The notes under the pieces: model-generated
The model's input: the letters and a program-made list of their open reading frames with translations, nothing else
What the model was told of the DNA's origin: nothing
The model's database searches: none
Translations under genes and position numbers: made by a program
Part shown: piece after piece, positions 37,901 to 46,157 of the stretch
How positions within the stretch are numbered: position 1 is the stretch's first letter
Layout of the letters: each line of letters begins with the position of its first letter
Origin: a virus
Lineage: Duplodnaviria; Caudoviricetes
Strand: one strand, 5' to 3'
Virus record (IMG/VR): IMGVR_UViG_3300030106_002100
Location: 1 to 52,344 of that record
DNA length: 52,344 nucleotides

Positions 37901-39051
37901 ATATAAATAGAAAACTTAGACGTAGATTGGAAGAAGATTACCCTGCTTTTTACACAGATGAAGAAGACTATAAAAAGGGCGGCTTAGTTAAGAGATTCCA
38001 AAAAGGAGGTGTATCAGAAATAGATAGAGATAAACTAATAAAACTTATGAAAGAGGGTAGTTACGATCCCACCATAGCTAACCCTAATTTGGGGTTTAAG
38101 TATGACCCTAAAGGTAGTCCTCTTGGTTATGTTAAACAAGATCACTTAGTCCCCTATCGAACAGACGAAGAGTATGAAAAGGCCATACAAGAAAAGTTAA
38201 CAAAAAATAGTGGGGAGAGAGTTAGTAGATTGCCATTAAAAAAAGCACAAGATATGTATTTAACAGATAAATTTTTAGACCAAGATAGAGAAACGCAAAA
38301 ATTTATTTTACAGCATGAGAAAGAACATATAGAGGGTCAAAAAGCTAAACCCTACTTTACTCAAATAACAGAGAAAGAAAAAGAACTTCCAGCAGATCAA
38401 TTTAAAGAACTAATTATTCAAAAACAGAAAGCGAGTAGCCAACCAAGAACTTATGCTGCTATAGGCACTTATGAAGATGTTTTTGGTGTATCGGAAGAAG
38501 ATGCCATCAGTAGAATTAACAGCTTTACAAGGAATATTTTTGAAAAAAATGGTGTTGGGTTTAAAAGCACATTAAAAAAACTTGAGGGGGTAGACCCTTT
38601 ATTTGATAAATTACGGCAAGAGGCGGGAGACAAAACACATGAGTATCTCCCTGGAAAAGTATCTGAAGTTTCTGAACATATAGGTGAAGGAGTTTTACAA
38701 AAGTATATATCAGAAAAATATGAGGTCCCTATAAAGGCTGTAGGTTATATTGGTGCTTCAGACACTAAAAGGTATGGCGCTTCTTTTGAAGAAGGGGTAT
38801 CTGATTTATCTGCTATTGAAACTGTAAAAAATGTAGACCTAACAACAGACCCTATTTTAAGAGAACTTATATTTGATAGCGATCCTGAGTTAATCCAAGT
38901 ATATAAAGCAGTAACTGGTTTAAGAACTGATAGACTAGATCCTAGAGATTTACCTCCATTTACTGCACAAAATATAAAAGGTTCAAAAGAAGAGGAAGAA
39001 GGTTTGCGGCTTAGAAAAGAAATAAGAGAAGATATGAAGAAAAAGAAATGA
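31939..39051 (+). CDS. giant polyvalent ejection protein (ART-like, PLxRFG and HExxH regions)
   Basis: Y.V..P.G..Y.V.AP.G N-terminus; FRG...GEGIYLT...GFDGV; YFPLKRFG at 35524; HEKEH at 38314. Confidence 0.8.
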   Translation: MPIYEVTSPTGKKYRVDAPEGATQEDAIRYIADEVEAPPTTEPDLAQPTEPIPDPEDQSFLRSVADVPLSFGRGVVSGIKFISDALGADNEFSQAAEGVEEYLASLMSAQSKQDSAEISRIMKDAEDKGVGDQVVAALKAFTVAPIDLVTNALGTAAPGIVAAVGSTVAGAPAAATVGVLGAVGTTQGLGIVKDTIYDGTKQALLDAGATERQAEERARLAQEYGGQNLDLILGGGAFGGLAAITGVDKALAGPIAKKILGDSLIKSGSKGGLKDYASAILKEAGPEGAQAAQEQLSENIALQREGFDVPTFRGVAGATTLEGIVAGALAAGVEFATPKEDTEADTLDEESQRTQQRLEEAQKKDDAATKPDEPDSKGAESGVPSADVTKTDEGAEEVGEPVGRGVGPAGVTPDKPGDTERRVDDTVEEEGEVFFRGQSKKTKKGTGAGAMGEGIYLTPSETQAQDFADRQEDGEVVKYKVKPNLKIADYKEMLRTDEVNKFRENFFNDPTNRKSLRESYPQLTDEVFGRFLGTLRSQPEVFPTEQRGFSKKQIADYNKGIKEVIQKLGFDGVNDPSPEIGLVIFDPKNTTEVKPEVTEEAKPEPEVKTEPEVKTEPEVKTEPEVKPEPEVKPEPEVTTIPKSDLVKQEKKLTKEFDSIKPGKGRRKASAGDTGFLGLKEIEDMFANMRGYKVSPEEEQKIRDKFKGTSVLPRDIENSIQNRNNLSYEKRKEKALRLGNIAKARLEILKEAKGKDLNSEGRQNVIDAVIKRIFNDDKNLKEASVKKYGKGREFVLAEELVSERSVVDLGKAVLLQDSASIDELSSSDTVDIKRIEKAAELAELQEKMFEYVEQSETPEGKQPTAPTAEVKEDATKDPETIKQAKTIAENTKDLKEEDSFEDLSIENSQTPNADQTTPNNVGNINQNARPKWKQVIGKYTPKALMQMAGAARAKLFRIYTLRMLNDTNNLLGGSKMVQYLQALKISEANVADRNSIINEAAVIMRDIQNFRKEKTKGRDNNNILKDLGIIMNSATMRQKDPMSLPKDDELRKAYEKLPPKAKNIYKALQAFYQKQTDGFVFDLVEKYQRTMVTVNHDDDPEYTQKRRIKIAEALIQFGSEEQIKKTYFDKTNEETVNYVDEYIKIKENDLQKEKDFREKNLNAMSAQRAADTLADIRDLEKNIIKLKSKKSRRIAPYFPLKRFGEYWFQVKRAGKKQPVEFYTFESAADRDAALETRLKELQEAGDPNLSIDAKFTADGLEGNDVGNRLLKALNSFDVSSSVGNNIKDIVDGIIQNRKKEFENSNLTEEQIADIQDERDKQTRTSDDGRPIKGVSLNKLQNDIEDAVTQLVFMTLPENNIRKAFLERRNIVGAGTDIARIFSGQAISFAYQRSRLKYTDSFFTQIDNAYIAAKQDRNVDRSTLKIDLVRELDARATHILGIKPTTTADNISNGLTQFTFLWLLTAPASGLINIAGMAAIGMPYIGARFGFGKTNKLMMQYSTKYLTSRWFSSSKQAKDAQGNTVNVQYSTTAPTLEKKIDELDVDPKLQPVLKTAYKRFMHDNDVNASLTHDFTGAGREQDVPGVARGIVGGYRTSVDFISAFFHHTERFQREIMLMTSFQLAYEKNVKDGKKDAFEDAIQQAKDLTGMSIGDFTSAGKPPVLAQPFIKNIFQFKQYSLIQTYNMIRNAYVMTAFKDGDDPQLKAEKAEARKRLVGMLGITFLMAGAAGLPIYTFSMLAIEAFSAAFDDEEDRIEDGEAYVNGLLSQTIGGKGAAMLLRGAPGELANIGISERVSLDLANLWMRDSGLQLNYEDAYKATLINLLGPTVSIGANFAKAANLYMNEYNPRAAFEAAAPILAANISKAERYLADKAAVSLTKGTEIQGDLDAVDVLYRALGFAPENVLRKQKSAIRMKAGELKITGLRTRLLGALFLATHFDDDNMYDDIKEKIDRFNDKYPEFRISGRDIRNSLSRRMDALRERERNNGVNINRKLRRRLEEDYPAFYTDEEDYKKGGLVKRFQKGGVSEIDRDKLIKLMKEGSYDPTIANPNLGFKYDPKGSPLGYVKQDHLVPYRTDEEYEKAIQEKLTKNSGERVSRLPLKKAQDMYLTDKFLDQDRETQKFILQHEKEHIEGQKAKPYFTQITEKEKELPADQFKELIIQKQKASSQPRTYAAIGTYEDVFGVSEEDAISRINSFTRNIFEKNGVGFKSTLKKLEGVDPLFDKLRQEAGDKTHEYLPGKVSEVSEHIGEGVLQKYISEKYEVPIKAVGYIGASDTKRYGASFEEGVSDLSAIETVKNVDLTTDPILRELIFDSDPELIQVYKAVTGLRTDRLDPRDLPPFTAQNIKGSKEEEEGLRLRKEIREDMKKKK
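33742..33850 (+). repeat. 18-bp tandem repeat encoding EVK(T/P)EP
   Basis: About six units of CCAGAAGTAAAA(A/C)CAGAA. Confidence 0.9.
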
Positions 39052-39422
39052 ATAAATACCCTATAGTATCCGGTATGAAAGAAAAAACTAGACCGCCTTT
39101 GGTTCTAGTTACTTGGCGTGATGCAGAACATGAATTTGGGTGGAAAGACGGCAATACACATATAGAGCCTATAGCTCTTCCGCTAGTTTATAGCATTGGT
39201 TGGTTTATATATTCTAACGAACACGGTGTCAAGATATGTCAAACCTGGACGGTGGATAATCATGCACAAACACTTGTGATCCCAAAGAATATGATTGAGA
39301 AGGTAGAAGAGATATGGCCCGAAAAAGAGATAGTAAAGGGCAGTACCAAAAGCATGGCAAAACCCACTATGAAAAAAACAAAAAAGCCTACGTCGAGAAA
39401 GCCAAGAAGCACAAAGCGATAG
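39048..39422 (+). CDS. conserved phage hypothetical protein (V.W.DA family)
   Basis: LV.VTWRDA...W...SIGW...IPK.MI. Confidence 0.7.
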   Translation: MNKYPIVSGMKEKTRPPLVLVTWRDAEHEFGWKDGNTHIEPIALPLVYSIGWFIYSNEHGVKICQTWTVDNHAQTLVIPKNMIEKVEEIWPEKEIVKGSTKSMAKPTMKKTKKPTSRKPRSTKR

Positions 39423-39763
39423 AAAAACAAAAGTGGGCAGCGTTCAAAGCTACCTTGTCATGTACTCAGTGTGGAGAAAACCACCCTGCAGCCTTAGATT
39501 TTCACCATATAAAGAGAAGTAGAGACAACATAAAAGTCCACGTCTTAGTGAAAGACGGTCGGTTCAAGAGAGCCTATGAAGAAATAAAAAAGTGTATAGT
39601 GTTGTGTTCTAATTGTCACAGAAAACTTCACCATGAAGAGTACAAAAAAAACCCCCGCACTGGGCGGGGGCAAACTAAGGAAACATGTCAAGATGATTAT
39701 ATCACTCAATCCTCCAAAAGCGCAAGCCCCTCAGCTTGTCTTCTATTACGGACTTACAAATAA
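39314..39763 (+). CDS. HNH endonuclease
   Basis: C..CGE.HPAALDFHH...EI.KC.VLCSNCHR..H. Confidence 0.85.
   Translation: MARKRDSKGQYQKHGKTHYEKNKKAYVEKAKKHKAIEKQKWAAFKATLSCTQCGENHPAALDFHHIKRSRDNIKVHVLVKDGRFKRAYEEIKKCIVLCSNCHRKLHHEEYKKNPRTGRGQTKETCQDDYITQSSKSASPSACLLLRTYK
39644..39670 (-). terminator. Rho-independent terminator of the leftward replication operon
   Basis: Minus strand CCCCCGC-ccagt-GCGGGGG followed by T8. Confidence 0.8.
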
Positions 39764-39899
39764 CCTTATATTTAAACTTTTTAGCCTCTGTCTTAACCAC
39801 CGACTCTGCATCTTTAGTGTCGGTACAGGGTAAAAAGAAGGACCACCCCACCTTTACCGTGTTCCAATTAATCTTGTACGTCACTCCTTGTATTTTCAT
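39702..39899 (-). CDS. hypothetical protein
   Basis: I.W....VG.SFFLPC...GLRFWRI motif. Confidence 0.7.
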   Translation of the reverse strand: MKIQGVTYKINWNTVKVGWSFFLPCTDTKDAESVVKTEAKKFKYKVICKSVIEDKLRGLRFWRIE

Positions 39900-42633
39900 T
39901 CTTTAAGTCTTCTATATATTCTGTTAAATCAATAAACCCTGACACGGAACAATCAAACTCGTAGCAAGCCACAGCAGGGGTAGTAGTTTCCAAACCTTTA
40001 TCTATTCTCTTATTCAAAGAAGATAGATACACCCCATCGTTTTTCAAAGAATTAATTACATCCCGTAAAGTTATCTGATTGTCAGCACAATATTTCTTAA
40101 AATGCTTTGCCGCTATATACATCCTGCGAGTATCCGGTTCTATACGGATACATAATTTTGAACTTCTTGGCACCAGTATGGGTAGATGCTCGGCTCCAGA
40201 TCTTCTGTCTAAGTCGTTGTTAACGACTAATATGCTTGTTCTGTTTTCATTTATAAACTCACCAACGGTTGCGGCGTGGTCAGCAGACGGAGCTTTTATT
40301 TCTGAACGCATGATGTCCATGTTCTCTATCACCCACTTGAGCACTTTACCAATATCTATCTCTTTCGGTATCAAACCTAGACGTTTAGCTATCCTAGCAC
40401 CGCCGATGTTACATGCGATAATCGCAGACCAAAACCTTTCTCGACTTGTAAACCCAACCTTTTTATCTATGTACGCTTGCACTTTCTTTATCTCATCTAC
40501 TACATCTTTTCTGTTCTTCACAATGTGTTGTATGTATATAGGGCCTGCTAGTCCGTAGTTTTCTGATAACGCATCATCAAACATTGCTTGAGCAAAAGCT
40601 TTCGGCATTTTACTTTCTGGGGGTACATCAAATTCTAAGAACCTCATCAACTCACCATCAGGTGTTTTCTTAGTAGCACGTAATTTATCTACCATGGAGG
40701 CGTTAGAAGTTGTGATAGCTATAGTTGCCCACTTTGTAAAGTTTGCTCTTTCTTCATTTGACGAGGCTTTCATTCTACCTGCACCTCTACCTTGTGTTAT
40801 AGAGAATACTAAGTCAGAAAACTGTTCTCCCGGCATAGCCGTCACTTCGTCCATAGCCACCGACATATTATTGAGTATGCCCATCCTATGTATCTTAGTG
40901 GCAAGAGTATCTCTAGGAATCATAACTAATCCGTTGGGGTCGCCCCATACGCTCTGCGCCATACGCAAAGAAGTTGTCTTTCCTGTACCTGATGTGTTGT
41001 TAACTAGATTTATGATACCGCCTTTGTAGTTTAAGAATTTAAGAAGCGGTGCGCCGAATCCTGTAAAGAACCCAAAGGCTTGAACGTGCATGTCACGCTC
41101 GCCATATATAGCCGCAATATTTTTCCACGCTTCTAAACTACCTCTCGATTCTACAAAATCTATTAACTCTTTTACTCTAGATGATGGCGGGCTAAACATT
41201 GTAGTTTCACCATCTAACTCTTGCCTTCCTAGGATAAACTTAGTATCGTTATCTACCCATCCAAACTGTGATCTCATAATTTCTGCTTTCTTTGTCATTT
41301 GTAAATGTTTAAAAGACCTAATTATATAGTTTATAATTTCAGTCATTTGTTTTTTACCACCAATCACACCACTGTGTGCTAGTTTCTTTTTCGCTTCCTC
41401 AGCCGACAAAACATCTTGAGCAGATATAACTAAACCTTTTTCTCCATCTAAAGGAAGGGTGTGTTTTATAACTGCAACCTCTCCATCGACTGGGTCTATC
41501 ATTCTTTTATCTAAAAACAGTTGATGTTCATAAATTAATTTAGGCTCTTCCTCTTCTACCTGTGCATATACACCACCGTTCTTTGCAAACACATAAGGCC
41601 AAGGTAGCTCTGGTAGTTGTGGGCTACCACTTTCGGGTTGTTCTATATTATCTATTTCTGCTAATACTTTATCGCCTAACTGTATGGGCGAAGTTATTTT
41701 TTGTTTGTGTGGGCAACCTTCACAACCTTTAGGATTCAAGCTTTCAAAAGTCTCGCATCTATAAGGGCCTTTTATTTTACTAGCCGCATCTTCAGTATCG
41801 TTGTAGCTATATTTAGAAGAGTTCCTAGACATAGCATGTATTGCCTCTGCACTGTCGGCGCAGTTAGCGGCTACGGATAAACCTGCTCTCCAAAGAGGGT
41901 ACTCTACTACCTCTTGATTTTCTTTTATGTAATTTATTTGGTTACATGTTTTTATATTTTCAAAAACACTTTGTTTGTTTCCCGCAAGCGCCATTGTCAA
42001 AGCATCTGCTTTTTGTTTTTCAGGCAACGCTTGTTTCTCACCGACGATACCTTTGAAAAAGAAAAAGTTTACTGGCTTTGCATATTTACCAATTAACTTA
42101 CATTCTTTTGGCGGGTCGGTTTTGTAATTAAACGAGTCAGGGAATCTTAGTATCCTACCTTCATCTTCTGTTACTGCGGGGTCGGCGTGAAACTTATGTG
42201 TATCACACAACGCTTTCAAAGATCTTGCTACCGGTTTCCAATCTTTCGGATGTATAGTATTTTCAAGAACCCAGTAAGCATGTATCCCATTACCGGAGCT
42301 AACTATTGTTGGTTTTGGAAGTCCTACCGCATCGCAGAATTGACGTAGAGCTGCGGCCCCCTCTCCCTGACTTTTGTATTCTTTGAGAGGTCCACAGTCT
42401 ACATCTAAGTAAAAAATCTTACAGTATTCTGCGTTAGCCTGAGAACGTCTGTCCGTGTTGTATCTACTACAACCGAAATAAATATTACGCTCTTCAGACT
42501 TCCACTTGTCTATGAGTTGGTAGGCTTCTTCAAAAGTTTCTACACATTTCTGCGTAGTGTCTTTCTCTCCTTTAAAGCCGCCTACCCATAACCACCCTTT
42601 GTCTCCTAAAACATGCTCTAGAAACTTCATCAA
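39868..42633 (-). CDS. primase-helicase (AEP-type primase plus DUF927-like helicase)
   Basis: YLDVD, VSSGNGIHAYW, RILR.P, Cys cluster, QFGW, Walker A SGTGKTT, DE. Confidence 0.85.
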   Translation of the reverse strand: MMKFLEHVLGDKGWLWVGGFKGEKDTTQKCVETFEEAYQLIDKWKSEERNIYFGCSRYNTDRRSQANAEYCKIFYLDVDCGPLKEYKSQGEGAAALRQFCDAVGLPKPTIVSSGNGIHAYWVLENTIHPKDWKPVARSLKALCDTHKFHADPAVTEDEGRILRFPDSFNYKTDPPKECKLIGKYAKPVNFFFFKGIVGEKQALPEKQKADALTMALAGNKQSVFENIKTCNQINYIKENQEVVEYPLWRAGLSVAANCADSAEAIHAMSRNSSKYSYNDTEDAASKIKGPYRCETFESLNPKGCEGCPHKQKITSPIQLGDKVLAEIDNIEQPESGSPQLPELPWPYVFAKNGGVYAQVEEEEPKLIYEHQLFLDKRMIDPVDGEVAVIKHTLPLDGEKGLVISAQDVLSAEEAKKKLAHSGVIGGKKQMTEIINYIIRSFKHLQMTKKAEIMRSQFGWVDNDTKFILGRQELDGETTMFSPPSSRVKELIDFVESRGSLEAWKNIAAIYGERDMHVQAFGFFTGFGAPLLKFLNYKGGIINLVNNTSGTGKTTSLRMAQSVWGDPNGLVMIPRDTLATKIHRMGILNNMSVAMDEVTAMPGEQFSDLVFSITQGRGAGRMKASSNEERANFTKWATIAITTSNASMVDKLRATKKTPDGELMRFLEFDVPPESKMPKAFAQAMFDDALSENYGLAGPIYIQHIVKNRKDVVDEIKKVQAYIDKKVGFTSRERFWSAIIACNIGGARIAKRLGLIPKEIDIGKVLKWVIENMDIMRSEIKAPSADHAATVGEFINENRTSILVVNNDLDRRSGAEHLPILVPRSSKLCIRIEPDTRRMYIAAKHFKKYCADNQITLRDVINSLKNDGVYLSSLNKRIDKGLETTTPAVACYEFDCSVSGFIDLTEYIEDLKNENTRSDVQD

Positions 42634-43505
42634 TCGTCAGTCTCTGTCCAAGCACTCATAACAGACTCTAAGTCTTTTGATTCCTTTAATTCCTTTGGAG
42701 TACCATCCGAATTATGCGTAGCCTTTTTTACTGTTTTCTTTTTAGGCTCCACAGGTTCAGAGGGTTCTTCAAGTTTTAGTGGTGCGACATCTTTCTTTGC
42801 ACCTATAGATAAAGTTATAGCTTGCGTAGCCAGAGGAGTTTTACCTTTCTCTGTTGCCTTTAACCACTCATCTCTTTCTAAGAAACGTACAGGTTTAAAT
42901 ACAAGCTTCGGTGTATCAGAGTCACTATCGAATTTCATTTCAGTAACAAGTGTGCTAATACTCTTACCTTGTGCATTTAAGTATTTCGCATACTGCTGAA
43001 ACGGCATTTTGTTCATGTCTTTTGATGTGCCGAATATTGACGTGGCAGGTAGCGTAAGCTGATAAATATCTCCATCTATATCCTCTGCTAAAACTACAGC
43101 AAGACGCTGTTGAAATCTACAAGCCCTACTGTTACCCATACCAGAACCTTGTACGTTCTGCGGACAAGTTGCACAGTTTGTGCTTTGCGGATTCTCCACT
43201 GACTCATCCGGTTTAGAAGAATCACTAGACCAACAATCAGGCGCAATGCTTTCTCCTGCTATATACGGACCAGAATAATATTGCCTATGTAGTTTCGGTG
43301 CTCCGTTCGTAACCACAATATTCATAGAACGGTTCTCGTTCTTAGCAACTTCTTCTCCACCAACCATCAAACGAAAGACGGAGCCACGGATAGATATTCT
43401 CTTTAATCCACCACCGGAGCCGCCTCCTAAGTTTTTTGTAAGGTCGTCATCTTGCACCTCTTTAAGATAGTCTGGTGCCGACTGTGTGAGTGAAAACTCA
43501 GCCAT
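42630..43505 (-). CDS. single-stranded DNA-binding protein (putative)
   Basis: RISIRG..FR, PDCWS, C..CP, RAC; acidic/aromatic C-terminus; in replication cluster. Confidence 0.65.
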   Translation of the reverse strand: MAEFSLTQSAPDYLKEVQDDDLTKNLGGGSGGGLKRISIRGSVFRLMVGGEEVAKNENRSMNIVVTNGAPKLHRQYYSGPYIAGESIAPDCWSSDSSKPDESVENPQSTNCATCPQNVQGSGMGNSRACRFQQRLAVVLAEDIDGDIYQLTLPATSIFGTSKDMNKMPFQQYAKYLNAQGKSISTLVTEMKFDSDSDTPKLVFKPVRFLERDEWLKATEKGKTPLATQAITLSIGAKKDVAPLKLEEPSEPVEPKKKTVKKATHNSDGTPKELKESKDLESVMSAWTETDD

Positions 43506-43514
43506 TTCATTCTC

Positions 43515-43907
43515 CTATTTTCTACGAACTGTAACGGAATATTTACTGTCAACGTTTAACCCTTCTGGTAATACCTCAGGGTTCTCTTCTAAAAACAACT
43601 TCATATTTGATTGATGTATCCTCCTTTCTAATAAATCGAACGCATCATGGTTCTGAATAAAGTTATACATAGCCTCCCAATTATCAGTCCAATATCTGGC
43701 TTTGATAGTTTGGTATGCTGTGCCGTGTGGGGTTTTAATACTTGTTGCGCCTGTTTCTTTTAAGATGTTCTGTAGCTTCTGATTAATAACATCTAGCTGT
43801 TCATCTAAACTGGCGATTTGTTGGTCTGCTTCTTTGCGAATTTTATCTTTCGCATCTCTGATTTTTAGCAGGACTTTTACTAATTCGTTAGCATTAAAGT
43901 CTGACAT
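43515..43907 (-). CDS. conserved hypothetical replication-module protein
   Basis: S.KT.HGT, DW...Y.FI, LE.RI.Q, P.GL motifs. Confidence 0.75.
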   Translation of the reverse strand: MSDFNANELVKVLLKIRDAKDKIRKEADQQIASLDEQLDVINQKLQNILKETGATSIKTPHGTAYQTIKARYWTDNWEAMYNFIQNHDAFDLLERRIHQSNMKLFLEENPEVLPEGLNVDSKYSVTVRRK

Positions 43908-43965
43908 GGTTTGTTTCCTTTCGTATTAGATTGTGTGTTTTCGTTAAACAATATAAGACACCTTG

Positions 43966-43994
43966 ATATTAGCATTTTATTATTATAATTCCAA
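43966..43994 (-). promoter_or_regulatory. sigma70-like promoter
   Basis: TTGGAA-17 nt-TAATAT with TG extension, upstream of the SSB/primase genes. Confidence 0.5.
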
Positions 43995-45536
43995 CTCTTT
44001 TTTATAAAGGTCGACTAATTTAGTATGGTTTTTTAGTTTGCTTTGCAACATGTCATATAATCTTTTTTCTACAGGACTTCCTGATATATGAAATACAGTC
44101 ATAGGGCTGTCTTGCCCCGGCCTATCTATTCTAGCGTTGGCCTGTAAATAGGTTTCCAAAGATGTAACAGGTGCATACCATATGATTGTGTCTGCGGCAG
44201 TTAGAGTTACTCCGTGCGATGCCGCTTGCGGTTGAATAATTAAAACGTTCGGATGCTTTGTTTCTTGAAACGACTTAAATATTTGTGCTCTCTTATTTAC
44301 AGGCACCGAACCATTTATTATCTCGCTTGTAATTTTATGCTTGTCTAAAAACTCACTAAGCAGTTGTATAGTGTGCTTGAAAGGCACGAATACTAGAACT
44401 TTATTACTAGCTTCTTCTATGACTTCACGAACAACATTGAGTCGGTTAGACACATCAAATTCTATTACCTCTTTATTGTCGGTGTAGATTGCACCACCGG
44501 ATATCTGCAATAGCTTGTTTAAATTAACAGCCGCATTTACAGAACTTATTTCTTCTCCGGCTGCAGTCATGTACATATCTTGTTTTAACTTTTTGTAGTA
44601 TTTGTTTTGCTGTGCAGTGAGAGGTGCTTCTCTATTAACGTGTGTGACAGGAGGTAAGTCCAGGCACTCTGCTTTTGTAAATCTTATTGCAGGTTGTAAC
44701 ATAGTAAATACCGTAGACTCCGCATCATCTTTCGGTATCCATTTGAATCTACCCACATTGTACATAACCATATCTCTGAACCTGCCAAAAAATCTAGGGC
44801 ATCTGTCAGGCACACAAAGTTTACCAAGACCAAAGGCATCAACTGGAGATTGCGCTGCAGGAGTTCCTGTCATCATCCACAACCATGTATCGTCGCCTAA
44901 TAGTCTTTGCATAGACTTCCATCGTTTTGTAGATATAGATTTGTAAGCGTTAGCTTCGTCAATAATTATTAAATCAAAACCCGCTTTCTTTATGTCTTCT
45001 TCTACAAGCTCTATACCATCATAGTTTATGATTACATACTCAGCATCTGAGTTAATTATATCTTTACGTTTTTCTCGTGTACCGTATGCTATGTTAACTG
45101 TTCTATGCAGCGCAAACTTAAACAAATCTGCTTGCCATGCAGAGTGCATAATAGATAGAGGGCAAACAACTAACACTCTTTTAATCTTGCCGAGTTTCAT
45201 CAGATAATCTGATGCCCAGATAGAGGAAGCTGTTTTTCCTGTGCCTTGCTCGTTAAAACAAAAACCACGTTTAACTATAGATAAAAAAGAAGCTGTCACC
45301 TTTTGATGTTCCATTGGTTCAAACTCGCCCGCCCAATCGTAGTCTCTCTCCATAGGAGATGGCACATTCTTAAATCTGAGTTCTTTCAAAGCCCTAGCTT
45401 CTTCAAAATCCCAGTGGACTAATACTTTACTAAACTCGTTATCTTTTCTAATTACTTTACTTTTGGTAATCGCATTAGTTATACGATCAGGGTGCTTAGT
45501 ATTTATTAATAACGCTTTATTATTTACTACTTGCAT
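43983..45536 (-). CDS. SNF2-family helicase
   Basis: EQGTGKT, IIDEA, MTGTP, HGVTLTAA, QANARIDRPGQ. Confidence 0.9.
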   Translation of the reverse strand: MQVVNNKALLINTKHPDRITNAITKSKVIRKDNEFSKVLVHWDFEEARALKELRFKNVPSPMERDYDWAGEFEPMEHQKVTASFLSIVKRGFCFNEQGTGKTASSIWASDYLMKLGKIKRVLVVCPLSIMHSAWQADLFKFALHRTVNIAYGTREKRKDIINSDAEYVIINYDGIELVEEDIKKAGFDLIIIDEANAYKSISTKRWKSMQRLLGDDTWLWMMTGTPAAQSPVDAFGLGKLCVPDRCPRFFGRFRDMVMYNVGRFKWIPKDDAESTVFTMLQPAIRFTKAECLDLPPVTHVNREAPLTAQQNKYYKKLKQDMYMTAAGEEISSVNAAVNLNKLLQISGGAIYTDNKEVIEFDVSNRLNVVREVIEEASNKVLVFVPFKHTIQLLSEFLDKHKITSEIINGSVPVNKRAQIFKSFQETKHPNVLIIQPQAASHGVTLTAADTIIWYAPVTSLETYLQANARIDRPGQDSPMTVFHISGSPVEKRLYDMLQSKLKNHTKLVDLYKKELEL

Positions 45537-45832
45537 TATGCTTTCTTCACTGATCTATCAGAGTTGCGTTTAAAAGATCTGTTCGTACTAGCTTTAACAA
45601 CTCTAAGGTTTTTTTTATTATTAGTACCGCCTTTAGAAAGAGCTTTTTTGTGGTCGATATCTTTACCCTCTCTTCTGTCGGCTTTACCGTTTTTATTTTT
45701 ATCTACACCTGTTTTGTCCATGGCATATCTAGCACGTTCACGAGCGTTACGCTTATCTTGCTCTCTCTTACCTCGCTTTTTTTGTTGCACGTATTCTTTT
45801 TTATAAGGTCTTGGTTTGTTTACGTAAGGCAT
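45536..45832 (-). CDS. small HNH-like protein
   Basis: DIDHKKALSKGG.N...NLRV....NRS. Confidence 0.75.
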   Translation of the reverse strand: MPYVNKPRPYKKEYVQQKKRGKREQDKRNARERARYAMDKTGVDKNKNGKADRREGKDIDHKKALSKGGTNNKKNLRVVKASTNRSFKRNSDRSVKKA

Positions 45833-45984
45833 TTATTATCTCCTTTTTTATAATGTTCTTTAGACCTTGCTTCGCTACCAATTTCTCTGTGTAGTCGAGT
45901 GCATATTATGTTGGGGTCAGGAACAAAAATAAATTTATTTGCAAGCAACGCTTCTTGTCTTTTACTAACTTTCCAAAATATCAT
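45820..45984 (-). CDS. hypothetical protein
   Basis: Likely start at ATG 45984 (MIFWKV), coupled to the upstream stop. Confidence 0.5.
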   Translation of the reverse strand: MIFWKVSKRQEALLANKFIFVPDPNIICTRLHREIGSEARSKEHYKKGDNKCLT

Positions 45985-46157
45985 TGTAAAGTCTCCTTCA
46001 CCACCAAATTCCATTCTCCTTGCTCCATAATCCATGTGCAATCCCCTTCAAACTCCCCCTCCTTTAACTGTCTCAATTCTTTTTCAGTAAACCCACGAGT
46101 TGTAAAGTTAGGTATTGGTAAAGTTACCAAAGGTTTCCATTCAAATTTCTTTTTCAT
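45981..46157 (-). CDS. small hypothetical protein (58 aa, not in ORF track)
   Basis: MKKKFEWKPLVTLP...ETLQ; ATGA overlaps at both ends. Confidence 0.55.
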   Translation of the reverse strand: MKKKFEWKPLVTLPIPNFTTRGFTEKELRQLKEGEFEGDCTWIMEQGEWNLVVKETLQ

